Assembly: GCA_017537225.1 (NCBI GenBank)
Contig: JAFYLG010000071.1
Span: forward strand, 1 to 42,441
Length of the DNA stretch: 42,441 bases
Source: Lachnospiraceae bacterium
GTDB taxonomy: Bacteria; Bacillota; Clostridia; Lachnospirales; Lachnospiraceae
Direction: 5' to 3'
Below, piece after piece: positions 8,860-18,987 of the stretch. Under the pieces are notes generated by a model. It did not search any database, was not told the DNA's origin, and saw only the letters and a program-made list of their open reading frames with translations. Position 1 is the stretch's first letter, and each line of letters starts with the position of its first letter. A program made the translations under genes and the position numbers.

Positions 8860-9771
8860 CTACATAATATTCTTCTGTAAACTAATCGCAATCTTTTCAA
8901 TCTGTTCTTCTGTCACAAAACCTTTAGATGCTCCATTGGCACCGATTTTGGCAGAAGCAAAAATCTGGGCTCTGTGAAGAGCTTTCAATGGATGCATACC
9001 CTTGGCGTAATAGTGAATAAAGGAACTAAACAAAGCATCACCGGCACCTACCGTATTAACGATCTCCCCTACTCTTACGGCAGGCAATTCTACAATACGA
9101 TTCTCTTCTCGCAGGTACATCGCAGCCCCTTTGTTGCCGCGTCCTAACACTATGATTTGATGATTGTATGTATGTACCAACAGCCACATAAAGTCTTGGT
9201 ACCATTCACCGATCCCTTCATCGCTGAGAAACAATATGTCGGCATATTCCATAAACTCTCTGTTGTAACCATCCCACATATCAGTCAATACATGGACATC
9301 TGTTGCAATGATTTTACCTGCGTTTTTTGCTGCATGCAGCAACGGACGATTAAAATTGATATTGCAGGCTATGACAATCTCGGCATTCTGACAGACGTCC
9401 TCTGTAAAGCCGTAGGATGCCTCCTGAATGTCTTTTAAGTCACAGTAGATCTGCCGCTTACCTCCTTCATCATAGAGAACCACTGAACTGGGCGTAGAAG
9501 TCAGGCAAGGTTTAATACCATCTATAGAGATCCCAGCATCTGTGAGTTCCTGTTTAATATATTCCGCTGAAAAATCCTCTCCTATCATGGAGGTTAGAAT
9601 CACCTGATCCCCAAGGGTAGTCAGTGCTTTGGCGATATTATATGCCACTCCGGATACCGCTGTATTTATCCCAAAGAAAGGGTAATCGATAGGATAATAG
9701 GGAATAGGAAACTGGCGTACTTGGACCGTTGTTTCTGTATTGATCAAACCGGAAACCAAAATCTTAGACAT
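8860..9771 (-). CDS. PfkB/ribokinase-family carbohydrate kinase
   Basis: 303 aa with the C-terminal anion-hole motif NTVGAGDALFSSF. Confidence 0.8.
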   Translation of the reverse strand: MSKILVSGLINTETTVQVRQFPIPYYPIDYPFFGINTAVSGVAYNIAKALTTLGDQVILTSMIGEDFSAEYIKQELTDAGISIDGIKPCLTSTPSSVVLYDEGGKRQIYCDLKDIQEASYGFTEDVCQNAEIVIACNINFNRPLLHAAKNAGKIIATDVHVLTDMWDGYNREFMEYADILFLSDEGIGEWYQDFMWLLVHTYNHQIIVLGRGNKGAAMYLREENRIVELPAVRVGEIVNTVGAGDALFSSFIHYYAKGMHPLKALHRAQIFASAKIGANGASKGFVTEEQIEKIAISLQKNIM

Positions 9772-9786
9772 ACAAAGGGCTCCTTT

Positions 9787-11388
9787 TCAATAATTCTCCA
9801 GACTTTCCATTCTTCCAAACATAATAGAACCAAGCAATGCCAACCCTACAGCAAATATGAAGGCGATAACGATCAGTACAACAAAACCAACCTCAGGGCC
9901 ACCTAATACAGCACCGATCACTGCTCCAATAATACCAATGGTCATGATAAATCCCTGGATCAGTAATCGAGTCAACGACAACATGGCAGCACCAAACAGA
10001 GGTGCCAGGATGCCGTCGCAGACCATACCTACATATAGACGGTTGGCTTGTAGACACACATAGATCAGCACGCAAAGCAGGATCTGGATGATCGATAAAC
10101 CCATCAATACTCCTAAAGGTACGCACAATAGACATCCATCTATGATTGCCTTTAGATGCTCCATGGCTGTGCTATACCACATCTTACGCAGAGTTGTATC
10201 TGGCATTAGGAATGTGTAGGGATTCTGTAGTTCTTTGGTCCATTTGGTTGCTGTAGAACTGAAAATAAAGGTAATGTAAGCACTGATTCCTGGCAGGATG
10301 AATACCTGTGCCCCACCGGTAGCCATCTCATCAAAAGAGAAAACACCTAATGCCGTGGCGATCGATGCGATCACACTGATACCGATCATAATAAAACTAA
10401 GATAATTCAACACAAAGAAACGGCTCTTTTTATATTCCAGCAACTGACGATAAAAGATAGCCTTAGCTCCTGTACCACGGTACTTCACCTGGGCTTCCTT
10501 AAATTTCTTCTTTTTGGAGGCTTTTTCCATAGAATTGCCGCGCTTATTGCGTTTAAGTGCCTCTTCGTACTCATCAGCAAAGGTCATGGCATCTTCAAAA
10601 TACTGACCGGTACACTTCATACGCAACGCCACCAATACAGCAGCCACAGCAGAAATCAGATACATCCCTGCACAAATCAGATTCAAAGTATTCGGACCAA
10701 TCAACAACAAACGAACGAAAGCGATATTCCAACCGATCACAGGGATCAACTGCATCAGTGGATGAGCCAGCGTTTCTCGGATCAAAGACAATGCGATAGG
10801 CTTAGTAAACATCTGACTTAACAGCAATGCTCCCATGGCAATGACACAGGCCCAAATAAAGCCTCGCAACACCTTGGTACCTGTTTCCCCTAAAAACTCA
10901 TTGCCAAAGACGATCAGCATGAGGCATCCTTCAAAAATCGTTTCCACCACAAAAGACACCAGGAAGAATAACAGCATCTTCACTGGCGATATATGAAACC
11001 ATACAACTCCACCAATGGATATAAAGAGATTCAGCAAAAAGCCAGCAAGCAAGGTCTTGCTTTGCGCATACAAAAGGATCCCTTTAGGGCTGATCGGGGC
11101 AGAAAATACATAATGAATATCACTGTGCTTAAATGCCAGACCTCTCTTACGGGCATAAGCAAGCAAATTCATGGGGATGGACCATACTATAAAGAAGGAT
11201 AACACTACAGCATAACCTTCCGGGCCCGTCATATTGCCGGCCTCAGAAAATATAATATCGAAAGAATTCAACATCATCAGGCCGTACAGTACCCAAAACA
11301 CAATCCCCACATAAGTCAGCGGCTTACGCAGCCGCATCTTCATGCGGTTAATAAAACTACGGATCGATACATATAACAGCGCTTTCAT
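9787..11388 (-). CDS. Polytopic membrane protein, putative ABC exporter permease (ABC_export-like)
   Basis: 533 aa with many hydrophobic helices. The start lies 2 nt after the ABC ATPase stop. Confidence 0.6.
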   Translation of the reverse strand: MKALLYVSIRSFINRMKMRLRKPLTYVGIVFWVLYGLMMLNSFDIIFSEAGNMTGPEGYAVVLSFFIVWSIPMNLLAYARKRGLAFKHSDIHYVFSAPISPKGILLYAQSKTLLAGFLLNLFISIGGVVWFHISPVKMLLFFLVSFVVETIFEGCLMLIVFGNEFLGETGTKVLRGFIWACVIAMGALLLSQMFTKPIALSLIRETLAHPLMQLIPVIGWNIAFVRLLLIGPNTLNLICAGMYLISAVAAVLVALRMKCTGQYFEDAMTFADEYEEALKRNKRGNSMEKASKKKKFKEAQVKYRGTGAKAIFYRQLLEYKKSRFFVLNYLSFIMIGISVIASIATALGVFSFDEMATGGAQVFILPGISAYITFIFSSTATKWTKELQNPYTFLMPDTTLRKMWYSTAMEHLKAIIDGCLLCVPLGVLMGLSIIQILLCVLIYVCLQANRLYVGMVCDGILAPLFGAAMLSLTRLLIQGFIMTIGIIGAVIGAVLGGPEVGFVVLIVIAFIFAVGLALLGSIMFGRMESLENY

Positions 11389-11390
11389 AG

Positions 11391-12152
11391 TCAGTTACCT
11401 GCGCTTTCTCGTGTACTCTCCTGCATAGGTTCCAGTATTCCAGACTCTGCTTTCTCTCCTGCATTGCCTCGCGTGATCCCAAAGAAAATGGCATCCAGAT
11501 CCTGGTTTCCTGCCTGTTCACGGGTATATGTGGCGCGGATACGTCCTTTATCCATGATAAACACGATATCCCATAGTTCCTTGACCATCTCCAACATATG
11601 CGTACTGATCAGCACAGTGATGCCCTGATTACGCAATTCCAACACCACTTCTTTCAATTCTTTGATGGCCTGAGGATCCAACCCCACCATTGGCTCATCC
11701 AACAGGATGACTTTGGGCTTTACAGCCAACGCACAGCAAATGCTGACTTTCTGCATCATACCTTTACTTAACTCATTACCCAGTTTATCCTGTTTATCAT
11801 CCAGTTCAAATCGACGAAACAGAGCCTGGATCTCCTCTTCAGTAATATCACTGTCATATGCGCGACGAATATACTCTATATGTTCTCTAACAGTCAAGGC
11901 ATCAAAGAGAGCCGGAATCTCCGGAACATAGCCAAAGATCTTTTTTGCTGCAATTTCTCGAGAAGGAATGCCCTGAATCATGATGGCTCCATCATAACGC
12001 AGCAAGCCGGCGATACTTTTGATAATAGTGGATTTACCGGCACCATTAGGCCCCAATAGAATACCCACCTGACCATCCGGCACAGTAAAACTGACCCGAT
12101 CTACGGCCAGTGTCTTTTTGTAGCTTTTTGATAAATCCATGATCTGCAGCAT
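11391..12152 (-). CDS. ABC transporter ATP-binding protein
   Basis: Walker A GPNGAGKST, signature LSKGMMQK, Walker B ILLDEP. Confidence 0.9.
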   Translation of the reverse strand: MLQIMDLSKSYKKTLAVDRVSFTVPDGQVGILLGPNGAGKSTIIKSIAGLLRYDGAIMIQGIPSREIAAKKIFGYVPEIPALFDALTVREHIEYIRRAYDSDITEEEIQALFRRFELDDKQDKLGNELSKGMMQKVSICCALAVKPKVILLDEPMVGLDPQAIKELKEVVLELRNQGITVLISTHMLEMVKELWDIVFIMDKGRIRATYTREQAGNQDLDAIFFGITRGNAGEKAESGILEPMQESTRESAGN

Positions 12153-12227
12153 AGAACATACCCTCCTCTTTGGTCAAGACCCAGTCAGTTTCTAAAATTA
12201 AGATTTCAAAAAATATGATTTCTTAAA

Positions 12228-12755
12228 CTATTTCACATTGATTTGGCACATTTTCATAGCTTCCAGCGCTCTGCTATGAGACTCGGGAGTAACACCGGCA
12301 CAGCATTCAGCGACCACCGCTACAGGGACCTCCGGCAAAGTAGCTTTTGCCAGTAACGCATTGGAAATCACACAGATATCAGTACACAGGCCTACTAACA
12401 CGATTTCATCAATAGGATCTTCTTCGTGTTTTTTGGCGAGAAAAGCACTGAGTTCCGTACTTCCAAAGGTGGGTTTATCGAAAATAATGCTCTTACGAGC
12501 GTCACATTGGGCCTGTAAGCCTTTTTCCAGCTGCCAGCCTTCTGTACCATAGATGCAGTGAGGAACCGGCAGATTACGGCCTTCCTGAGTCTCCATATAG
12601 TTCTCAAAATGAGTGTCACGGGTAAAGGCCACAGGGCCTTCCCAAGATTCCACCAACCGGTTGACCGCCTCTACAATAGACACTGCTTCTGCGGTACCCA
12701 AACTTCCATCGATAAAATCCTTTTGCATATCCACTACGATCAAATACCGTTCCAT
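12228..12755 (-). CDS. pncA: Isochorismatase-family cysteine hydrolase, nicotinamidase-like
   Basis: Catalytic D/K/C are in VDMQKDF, FDKPTFG and LCTDICV. A metal-site-like D-x-H...H is present (TRDTH...PHC). Confidence 0.7.
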   Translation of the reverse strand: MERYLIVVDMQKDFIDGSLGTAEAVSIVEAVNRLVESWEGPVAFTRDTHFENYMETQEGRNLPVPHCIYGTEGWQLEKGLQAQCDARKSIIFDKPTFGSTELSAFLAKKHEEDPIDEIVLVGLCTDICVISNALLAKATLPEVPVAVVAECCAGVTPESHSRALEAMKMCQINVK

Positions 12756-12863
12756 TTATGTATTCCTCCTTTGCGCCACTATATTGATAAGAGTATCTTG
12801 TAAGTAGTATCACTTACTTTTACTATATCAAATATTCAACCATATGACAATACATGGTCTTTG

Positions 12864-13487
12864 CTAGACTTTCGTCATCTTCTTTTTAAAATGCTTCATC
12901 AAAAATCCAGTGGCTACCATGACTCCAACAACCATTCCCCAGCTGACGATCTGGCCATAGATCCCCATCTTCTCCACCGCCTGCTCCCAAGCACCACCGG
13001 CTACGATCCCCAGATTGACCAATATCATATTCCAGAGAAAGGAACCCAAGATGGTAAATGGCAGAAAAATCGTCATACTCATTCCTGCCATACCTGCAGG
13101 GATCGAGATCAGACTGCGCAAGATTGGGATACAACGGCATACCAAAACCGTACCTTTTCCTTTTTCATTAAACCACTGAAAGGCACTGTGAACTTCACTG
13201 CCTTCAAAATGAAGGATCTTTCCTACTTTTCCATCCAGTAATCGCTCCAGCCTTTCTGCCGAGCAGATCCTGCCAACACTATACAGAATCAAGGCACCTA
13301 TCAATGATCCTGCTGTGGCCGCCCATATCACGCCCCATTTTCCCAAAGAAGTATACGTGGTCAGAAAGCCACCAAAGGTCAAAATTACTTCCGAAGGGAT
13401 CGGAGGAAAAATATTTTCTACCGCGATCAAAAACATAATACCAAGATACCCCCATCGTTCCACCAACACGATCATCAGTTCCTTCAT
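12864..13487 (-). CDS. DedA family membrane protein
   Basis: 207 aa with FLIAVENIFPPIPSEVILTFGG, typical of DedA/SNARE-associated proteins. Confidence 0.8.
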   Translation of the reverse strand: MKELMIVLVERWGYLGIMFLIAVENIFPPIPSEVILTFGGFLTTYTSLGKWGVIWAATAGSLIGALILYSVGRICSAERLERLLDGKVGKILHFEGSEVHSAFQWFNEKGKGTVLVCRCIPILRSLISIPAGMAGMSMTIFLPFTILGSFLWNMILVNLGIVAGGAWEQAVEKMGIYGQIVSWGMVVGVMVATGFLMKHFKKKMTKV

Positions 13488-13520
13488 CTGCTTTTACTCC
13501 TTTCGCCTCCTTCTCAATGC

Positions 13521-16148
13521 TTAATTTCGTATTCGGTTGATGCATTTTTGTATTTCTATGATAGGGATGGGCGCCACGCTGAGTCCCATGACCATGAACC
13601 ATTGTGTCCGATCCATAGGAACTACCTGAAAGATATTCGCTAAAGAAGGGATCATCACTACCACTACTTGCAATCCCAAACACAGAAGAAATGCTATGGT
13701 CAAACTACGGTTACTAAACCAGCCGATCCGAAATAGAGACTCCTTGCTGCGTACATTAAAGACATGAAACAGCTGAGACAGACTCAGTACCGAAAACGTC
13801 ATGGTTCTGGCCATAAATAGTCCGTATATACGATTTCCCAAAAGAAACGCTATCAACGCCAACATTCCAATCACAAGCCCTTCCACAGCCATCTGCGTTG
13901 CCAGTCCATCGGAAAAAACACCTTTTTCTCTGGCAATAGGAGGACGTCTCATAATATCAGCATCTCCTTTTTCTCTTCCAAGGGCAATGGCTGGCAGAGA
14001 GTCTGTCACAAGATTCATCCACAAAAGCTGTACCGGCAAAAGTGGAGACGAATATCCCATAATGATCGCCAAAAAGATCGTTAGGATCTCGCCGATATTG
14101 CTGGAAAGAAGAAAATGAATAGTCTTACGAATATTGTCATAGATGATCCGTCCTTCTTTTACTGCCGCTACGATGGTAGAGAAATTATCATCCATCAAAA
14201 TCATATCCGCAGAATTCTTTGCCACATCGGTACCGCCACGTCCCATAGCACAGCCGATATCCGCCGACTTTAGAGCAGGCGCGTCATTGACACCATCACC
14301 CGTCATGGCCACCACTTGATGCGAATCCTGCAGCGCTTTTACGATACGTACCTTATGTTCTGGTGAAACCCGGGCATAGACAGCGATATTGGGAGCAATC
14401 GATACCAGATCCGTCTGAGTCATAGATTCCAGCTGCTGACCGGTCAAAATTTGATCTACTTTGTTTTCCTTTAATATTCCTAGCTTTCGAGCTATCGCCG
14501 CTGCTGTGGCAGGATGATCTCCTGTGATCATTACCGGACGAATCCCTGCTTCTTTACAAGTATGTACGGCCTCTTCTACCTCTGGTCTGGGTGGATCCAT
14601 CATACCGATCAGCCCTAACAGGCACAAGGGTTCTGAACCCATAGCCCTGGCTACGGCAATGACACGTAATCCTTCGCCTGCCATGGTCTCATTTTGACAG
14701 AGCAATCGTTGTCGATATGACTCTGTCATTGTTTCCTGACGATTTCCTATCCATACATGATCACACGTTCCCAAAAGTATATCAGGAGCCCCTTTGACTA
14801 CGCGCATGATTTGTTGGCCCCATCGATGTTCTGTGGTCATCTGTTTTACAGTGGAGTTAAACGGGATTTCCCTGATCCGCGGATATTTTTGATCCAATTC
14901 CCCTTTATCAAGGCCCGATTTCATGGCTGCCTCTACCAGCGCTTTTTCTGTTGGTTCTCCTAAAAGTGTATATTTCCCTATAACCTTTTTTGATCCGGTT
15001 CTTCCATTTGCATCTCTTCGAACCGTTGTATTGTTACACAAAGTTGCACAGGTTAATAGCTGTCTGGCAAATTCGCTCCGAATATTTTCCCGACCAGATG
15101 CAGATGCGATTTCCGTAACGGTCATACGATTTTGCGTCAGAGTTCCCGTCTTATCTGAACAGATGACAGTTGCACTCCCCAATGTCTCTACCGCTGGTAA
15201 TTTACGTACAACGGCATTTTGACACGCCATACGCTGCACACCTTGGGACAGTAAGATCGTAACGATAGCAGGCAATCCCTCAGGTATGGCTGCAACTGCC
15301 AAACTAACGGAAGTCATAAACATTTCAAAAAGCGGCTGTTCTTTCCATAGACCAACGAAGAACATGACCACACAGATAACCAATGCCAAAATGCCCAGGA
15401 TCTTACTGGTCTGCGCCAAACGTTTTTGCAGTGGAGTCTCTTTATATTCGTGCTCCATCAACAAGCCGGCAATACGGCCTATCTGGGTGTTCATTGCCGT
15501 TTCCGTAACTACCATGCATCCTCGACCACTGGTCACAATGGTAGTGGCTAGTGCCATATTGACACGCTCTGCTACCGGTGTGTTTTCTCTTAAGCATGGA
15601 TTCGCTCGCTTTTCTACCGGAAGCGACTCTCCGGTAAGAGCAGACTCCTCCACTTTTAGGTCCACCGACTCCAGCAATCGTCCGTCAGCCGGCACAAAGG
15701 AACCTGCTTCCAGAAATACAATGTCTCCTGGAACCACTTGTCTTGCTTCGATTTTTTGTTTTTTACCGTCTCGTAAGACCATGGCGGAAGGTGCAGACAT
15801 TTGCTTCAAGGCATCTAATGATTTTTCAGCCCGTGTCTCTTGTGCTACGCCTAATACTGCGTTGACCGTGATGATAACAAAAATAATAATCGGATCCGTC
15901 AGATCCTTATCACCATTCAAAAATGAGACCACTGTGGAGATCACAGCCGCCCCGATCAATGTCAAAATCATAAAGTCTTTCCATTGTTCAATAAACTTTG
16001 CCACAATGGATGAGTGTTTTTCTTCCTGCAGGCGATTTTCTCCTGTCTGCCTCAGACGTCCGGCTGCCTCTGCCTGTGTCAATCCCCTCTCCCTTTGCAC
16101 CTGCAGTTGCTTTAATACCTGTTGTGCTGTCATCGCATGCCAGTTCAA
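13521..16148 (-). CDS. P-type (P2A) calcium-transporting ATPase
   Basis: Motifs CSDKTGTLT, TGDGVNDAPAL, PEGLP and TGES are present. 875 aa. The annotated start is TTG at 16148; an ATG at 16133 is an alternative. Confidence 0.9.
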   Translation of the reverse strand: MNWHAMTAQQVLKQLQVQRERGLTQAEAAGRLRQTGENRLQEEKHSSIVAKFIEQWKDFMILTLIGAAVISTVVSFLNGDKDLTDPIIIFVIITVNAVLGVAQETRAEKSLDALKQMSAPSAMVLRDGKKQKIEARQVVPGDIVFLEAGSFVPADGRLLESVDLKVEESALTGESLPVEKRANPCLRENTPVAERVNMALATTIVTSGRGCMVVTETAMNTQIGRIAGLLMEHEYKETPLQKRLAQTSKILGILALVICVVMFFVGLWKEQPLFEMFMTSVSLAVAAIPEGLPAIVTILLSQGVQRMACQNAVVRKLPAVETLGSATVICSDKTGTLTQNRMTVTEIASASGRENIRSEFARQLLTCATLCNNTTVRRDANGRTGSKKVIGKYTLLGEPTEKALVEAAMKSGLDKGELDQKYPRIREIPFNSTVKQMTTEHRWGQQIMRVVKGAPDILLGTCDHVWIGNRQETMTESYRQRLLCQNETMAGEGLRVIAVARAMGSEPLCLLGLIGMMDPPRPEVEEAVHTCKEAGIRPVMITGDHPATAAAIARKLGILKENKVDQILTGQQLESMTQTDLVSIAPNIAVYARVSPEHKVRIVKALQDSHQVVAMTGDGVNDAPALKSADIGCAMGRGGTDVAKNSADMILMDDNFSTIVAAVKEGRIIYDNIRKTIHFLLSSNIGEILTIFLAIIMGYSSPLLPVQLLWMNLVTDSLPAIALGREKGDADIMRRPPIAREKGVFSDGLATQMAVEGLVIGMLALIAFLLGNRIYGLFMARTMTFSVLSLSQLFHVFNVRSKESLFRIGWFSNRSLTIAFLLCLGLQVVVVMIPSLANIFQVVPMDRTQWFMVMGLSVAPIPIIEIQKCINRIRN

Positions 16149-16286
16149 TCTGCCATTCCTCGCAAGGTTCTATTTAGTCCATCTTACGTATAAAGTACTC
16201 GAAATATGTATCCGTCTTCTATTGTACATCATTGAAAAATAACCATTATCGCTTGAATTTAGAATTTCTTCCCGGTTTCTTAAAGA

Positions 16287-16306
16287 AAGCTTAAGATTTT
16301 AAGCTT
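16287..16306. promoter_or_regulatory. 8-bp inverted repeat upstream of the promoter (possible regulator site)
   Basis: AAGCTTAA, GATT, TTAAGCTT. It ends 10 nt upstream of the -35 box. Confidence 0.25.
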
Positions 16307-16315
16307 GTAAACATA

Positions 16316-16344
16316 ATGACATCTTAACAAAGTAGTGTTATAAT
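16316..16344 (+). promoter_or_regulatory. Sigma-A type promoter for the membrane protein gene
   Basis: ATGACA, 17 nt, TGtTATAAT. Confidence 0.45.
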
Positions 16345-16367
16345 ACCTCACCATGAAAGGAGTTTTT

Positions 16368-17204
16368 ATGGAAACATCACATGCATTACTTCAGATATTA
16401 GACACACAGATGAAAACACCTGAGCCCTATGGCTGGTTTCATTTATTGACCCTTGGACTAACGATTTTAGCAACTATTCTGTTATGTGTATATGGCAGAC
16501 AACATTCCTCTCATCGAGTCCGATCCATCGTTTTTTGGGTGGCAGCCACCGTGGTCATGTTAGAGATTTACAAGCAGATCAATTATACCTTCACGTTGCA
16601 GGGAGATACCGTCGTAGCAGATTATCAATGGTATGCTTTTCCCTGGCAATTTTGCTCTACTCCGATGTACATAGGGTTATTGGCCGGACGAACCCGTTCT
16701 GGACGCTTGCACGATGCACTCTGCGCCTATTTGGCCACATACGCCGTATTTGCCGGTGTATGTGTCATGTTATATCCGGTAACGATCTTCACTTCCACTG
16801 TAGCCATCAATATTCAGACCACTTTTTGTCACGGATCCATGATCGCTATTGGTGCATATTTATTGGCAAGTGGACATGTAGAACTTCATCCAAAGACATT
16901 GCTTAAAGCTCTTCCTGTCTTTTTGATCTGTGTCACTATGGCTGTAATCATGAATGAAATCGCATATTATAGCGGATTGTTGACTACTGACACATTTAAT
17001 ATGTTCTTTATCAGCCGTCACTGTGCTCCAAGTTTGCCTGTGTACTCGTTGGTACAGCAAATATTGTCCTATCCCTTGAGTCTCGTGGTATATGTTGGTG
17101 CATTTACACTGGCAGCAGGTTTAATACTGGCGATTGCTGCCGGGATCTGCCGCCTGATCAAACTTCCCCACATCCTTTCTTCCAGGAATCTGGTAAGGGC
17201 TTGA
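16368..17204 (+). CDS. Polytopic integral membrane protein (possibly YwaF/TMEM164-like)
   Basis: Start moved to METSHALL (ATG 16368) behind AAAGGAG. It has about 7-8 hydrophobic helices. The family call is tentative. Confidence 0.5.
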   Translation: METSHALLQILDTQMKTPEPYGWFHLLTLGLTILATILLCVYGRQHSSHRVRSIVFWVAATVVMLEIYKQINYTFTLQGDTVVADYQWYAFPWQFCSTPMYIGLLAGRTRSGRLHDALCAYLATYAVFAGVCVMLYPVTIFTSTVAINIQTTFCHGSMIAIGAYLLASGHVELHPKTLLKALPVFLICVTMAVIMNEIAYYSGLLTTDTFNMFFISRHCAPSLPVYSLVQQILSYPLSLVVYVGAFTLAAGLILAIAAGICRLIKLPHILSSRNLVRA

Positions 17205-17274
17205 TCAGATCCGTGCCAGATACAAATCACGTTCTGTGTTTAAATTAATATTTATTGTAAATTAAAAAAAGTGC

Positions 17275-17303
17275 TTGCATCCCACATCAAAATGTGATAT
17301 AGT
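17275..17303 (+). promoter_or_regulatory. Sigma-A promoter of tRNA-Leu
   Basis: TTGCAT (17275-17280), 17 nt, TGaTATAGT (-10 at 17298-17303). Confidence 0.6.
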
Positions 17304-17314
17304 ATCATCTGTTA

Positions 17315-17397
17315 GCCGGCATGTCGGAATGGCAGACGAGGCAGACTCAAAATCTGTTGTTGGCAACAACGTGTGGGTTCAAGTCCCACTGCCGGCA
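17315..17397 (+). tRNA. tRNA-Leu (anticodon CAA), class II with long variable arm, no encoded CCA
   Basis: Acceptor stem GCCGGCA/TGCCGGC plus discriminator A. Anticodon loop is CTCAAAA. T-arm is GTGGGTTCAAGTCCCAC. The variable arm is TGTTGGCAACAACG. Confidence 0.9.
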
Positions 17398-17398
17398 G

Positions 17399-17430
17399 AA
17401 AGCACTTGCGTATGCAAGTGCTTTTTTCTT
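17399..17430 (+). terminator. Intrinsic terminator after tRNA-Leu
   Basis: An 11-bp stem AAAGCACTTGC/GCAAGTGCTTT has a 4-nt loop and a T-run. Confidence 0.8.
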
Positions 17431-17454
17431 TTACCTATTTCGACCAATTCCCCA

Positions 17455-17483
17455 TTGCATTCCTCTTGATTTCCAAGTATAAT
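17455..17483 (+). promoter_or_regulatory. Sigma-A promoter of upp
   Basis: TTGCAT, 17 nt, TATAAT. Confidence 0.55.
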
Positions 17484-17549
17484 TGTTATTAGAATGTGGT
17501 GGCTTACAGGCCTCTGCCACATAAATATTAACGAAGGACGGTATTTATC

Positions 17550-18182
17550 ATGAGCAATAACGTATTTATCATGAATCATCCCCTGATCCAGCACAAGATC
17601 TCCATGCTGCGTGACCAGAATACAGGCACCAACGAATTTCGTAAGTTGATCGAAGAGATCGCTACTTTAATGGGCTATGAGGCTTTGCGTGATCTTCCTC
17701 TGGAGGACGTAGAGATCACTACTCCCATTGAAACTTGCATGACTCCCATGATCGCTGGCAAGAAACTGGCTATCGTTCCCATTCTGCGCGCAGGTCTGGG
17801 CATGGTAAACGGCATCTTGTCTCTGGTTCCTACCGCAAAGATCGGCCATATCGGTCTGTATCGTGATGAGGAGACCCACGAACCTCATGAGTACTATTGT
17901 AAGCTTCCTGATCCTATTGATCAGCGTTTGATCGTAGCTTTAGATCCCATGCTGGCTACCGGTGGCTCTGCTGTATCTGCTGTTGATTTTATCAAGAAGC
18001 ATGGCGGCAAGAACATCAAGTTCATGTGTATCATTGCAGCTCCCGAAGGATTAAAGAGACTGCAGGATGCTCATCCTGACATTCAGATCTATGTAGGTCA
18101 TCTGGATCGTCAGCTGAACGAAAATGCTTATATTTGTCCTGGTCTGGGCGATGCCGGTGACCGTATCTTCGGCACCAAGTAA
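17550..18182 (+). CDS. upp: Uracil phosphoribosyltransferase
   Basis: [13 protein letters not shown], the PRPP loop DPMLATGGS, and the C-terminus [14 protein letters not shown]. Confidence 0.95.
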   Translation: MSNNVFIMNHPLIQHKISMLRDQNTGTNEFRKLIEEIATLMGYEALRDLPLEDVEITTPIETCMTPMIAGKKLAIVPILRAGLGMVNGILSLVPTAKIGHIGLYRDEETHEPHEYYCKLPDPIDQRLIVALDPMLATGGSAVSAVDFIKKHGGKNIKFMCIIAAPEGLKRLQDAHPDIQIYVGHLDRQLNENAYICPGLGDAGDRIFGTK

Positions 18183-18206
18183 TCGCTGATCAAATAACAA
18201 GAATGC

Positions 18207-18247
18207 AAAAAGGATGATATCCCAAAAATAGGATATCATCCTTTTTT
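18207..18247. terminator. Bidirectional intrinsic terminator
   Basis: Stem GGATGATATCC/GGATATCATCC is flanked by an A-run and a T-run, between convergent genes. Confidence 0.8.
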
Positions 18248-18902
18248 ATACTCCATAATACATTGCCGCCAGCTCATATACACGATCTTTTGTCCACTGA
18301 AGCAGACTTAGGGTATATGCCAAATTCTGCGTACTGTTACTATAAGTTTCCCTGGATGCGGCACGCTTTGCAGCTGTGTCGCGATTGCGGATCCAGGCTC
18401 TTTCTTCGTCGCGCAATGTACGAAAATCCTCGTCCGACAAGGATTTTCTTAGCTTTTGATAGATGGCATTTAACTCATCGTCCCACATTTCCAAAAGCTC
18501 TTCCACTGTCTTTTGCTGTGCTGCTAAGGTATCTTTAGAAACTTCATTCATACGGATGGAATAAAGCATCTCCATATCCTGTAGTCGTGCATAATATATT
18601 TCTTTTTCGCCAGATGGTGTCTGTTGTAACACTGTATCTTCTGTTGGTATCTCAAATACTTCCTGACTGGATTCTCGAAGGGAATCGGAAGGAGCAGACG
18701 TTTCCATCTGTACCGTAGGGCAAGCAACCGTGGCTTGAATCTCTTCTGCCACATATAGTTGGTTTGTATTAGCATAAGGGCGAAAAGACACTTTCTCTCC
18801 TGTAGCTTTTTCCTGCATAGTCAGGTTGAGCATGGTAACGCCACATCCAATAGCGATAACAGTCATCAACATAACTAAAAACTTGTAAAATCTGCTTTTC
18901 AT
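18246..18902 (-). CDS. Lipoprotein with C-terminal DUF1311/LprI-like domain
   Basis: Lipobox AIGC. The C-terminus has LNAIYQKL...EERAWIRNRD, typical of DUF1311. Confidence 0.6.
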   Translation of the reverse strand: MKSRFYKFLVMLMTVIAIGCGVTMLNLTMQEKATGEKVSFRPYANTNQLYVAEEIQATVACPTVQMETSAPSDSLRESSQEVFEIPTEDTVLQQTPSGEKEIYYARLQDMEMLYSIRMNEVSKDTLAAQQKTVEELLEMWDDELNAIYQKLRKSLSDEDFRTLRDEERAWIRNRDTAAKRAASRETYSNSTQNLAYTLSLLQWTKDRVYELAAMYYGV

Positions 18903-18987
18903 GCTCTCACCTGCCTTTCTTCGTAATTAAGACTTTAATGCAGGATACATAATTATTCTATGTAACCCTATTTAGTCTTCTCGCAGC

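Noticed and set aside
13279-13683. 134-aa minus-strand ORF spanning the ATPase/DedA junction
   Set aside because: It overlaps two well-supported genes out of frame.
15286-16242. 318-aa plus-strand ORF
   Set aside because: It is antisense to the P-type ATPase gene. It is Ser/Thr/Cys-rich with no recognisable motifs, so it is a shadow ORF.
17266-17424. 8-nt direct repeat AAGTGCTT flanking tRNA-Leu considered as an integration scar
   Set aside because: It is too short to be significant. One copy is part of the terminator stem and the other lies next to the -35 box. There is no integrase or foreign DNA nearby.
17433-17549. Possible PyrR-binding attenuator in the upp leader (hairpin GTGGC..GCCAC)
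   Set aside because: The PyrR loop consensus (UCCAGAGAGG-like) is not present on the sense strand. There is only a CAGAGGCC-like string on the wrong strand.
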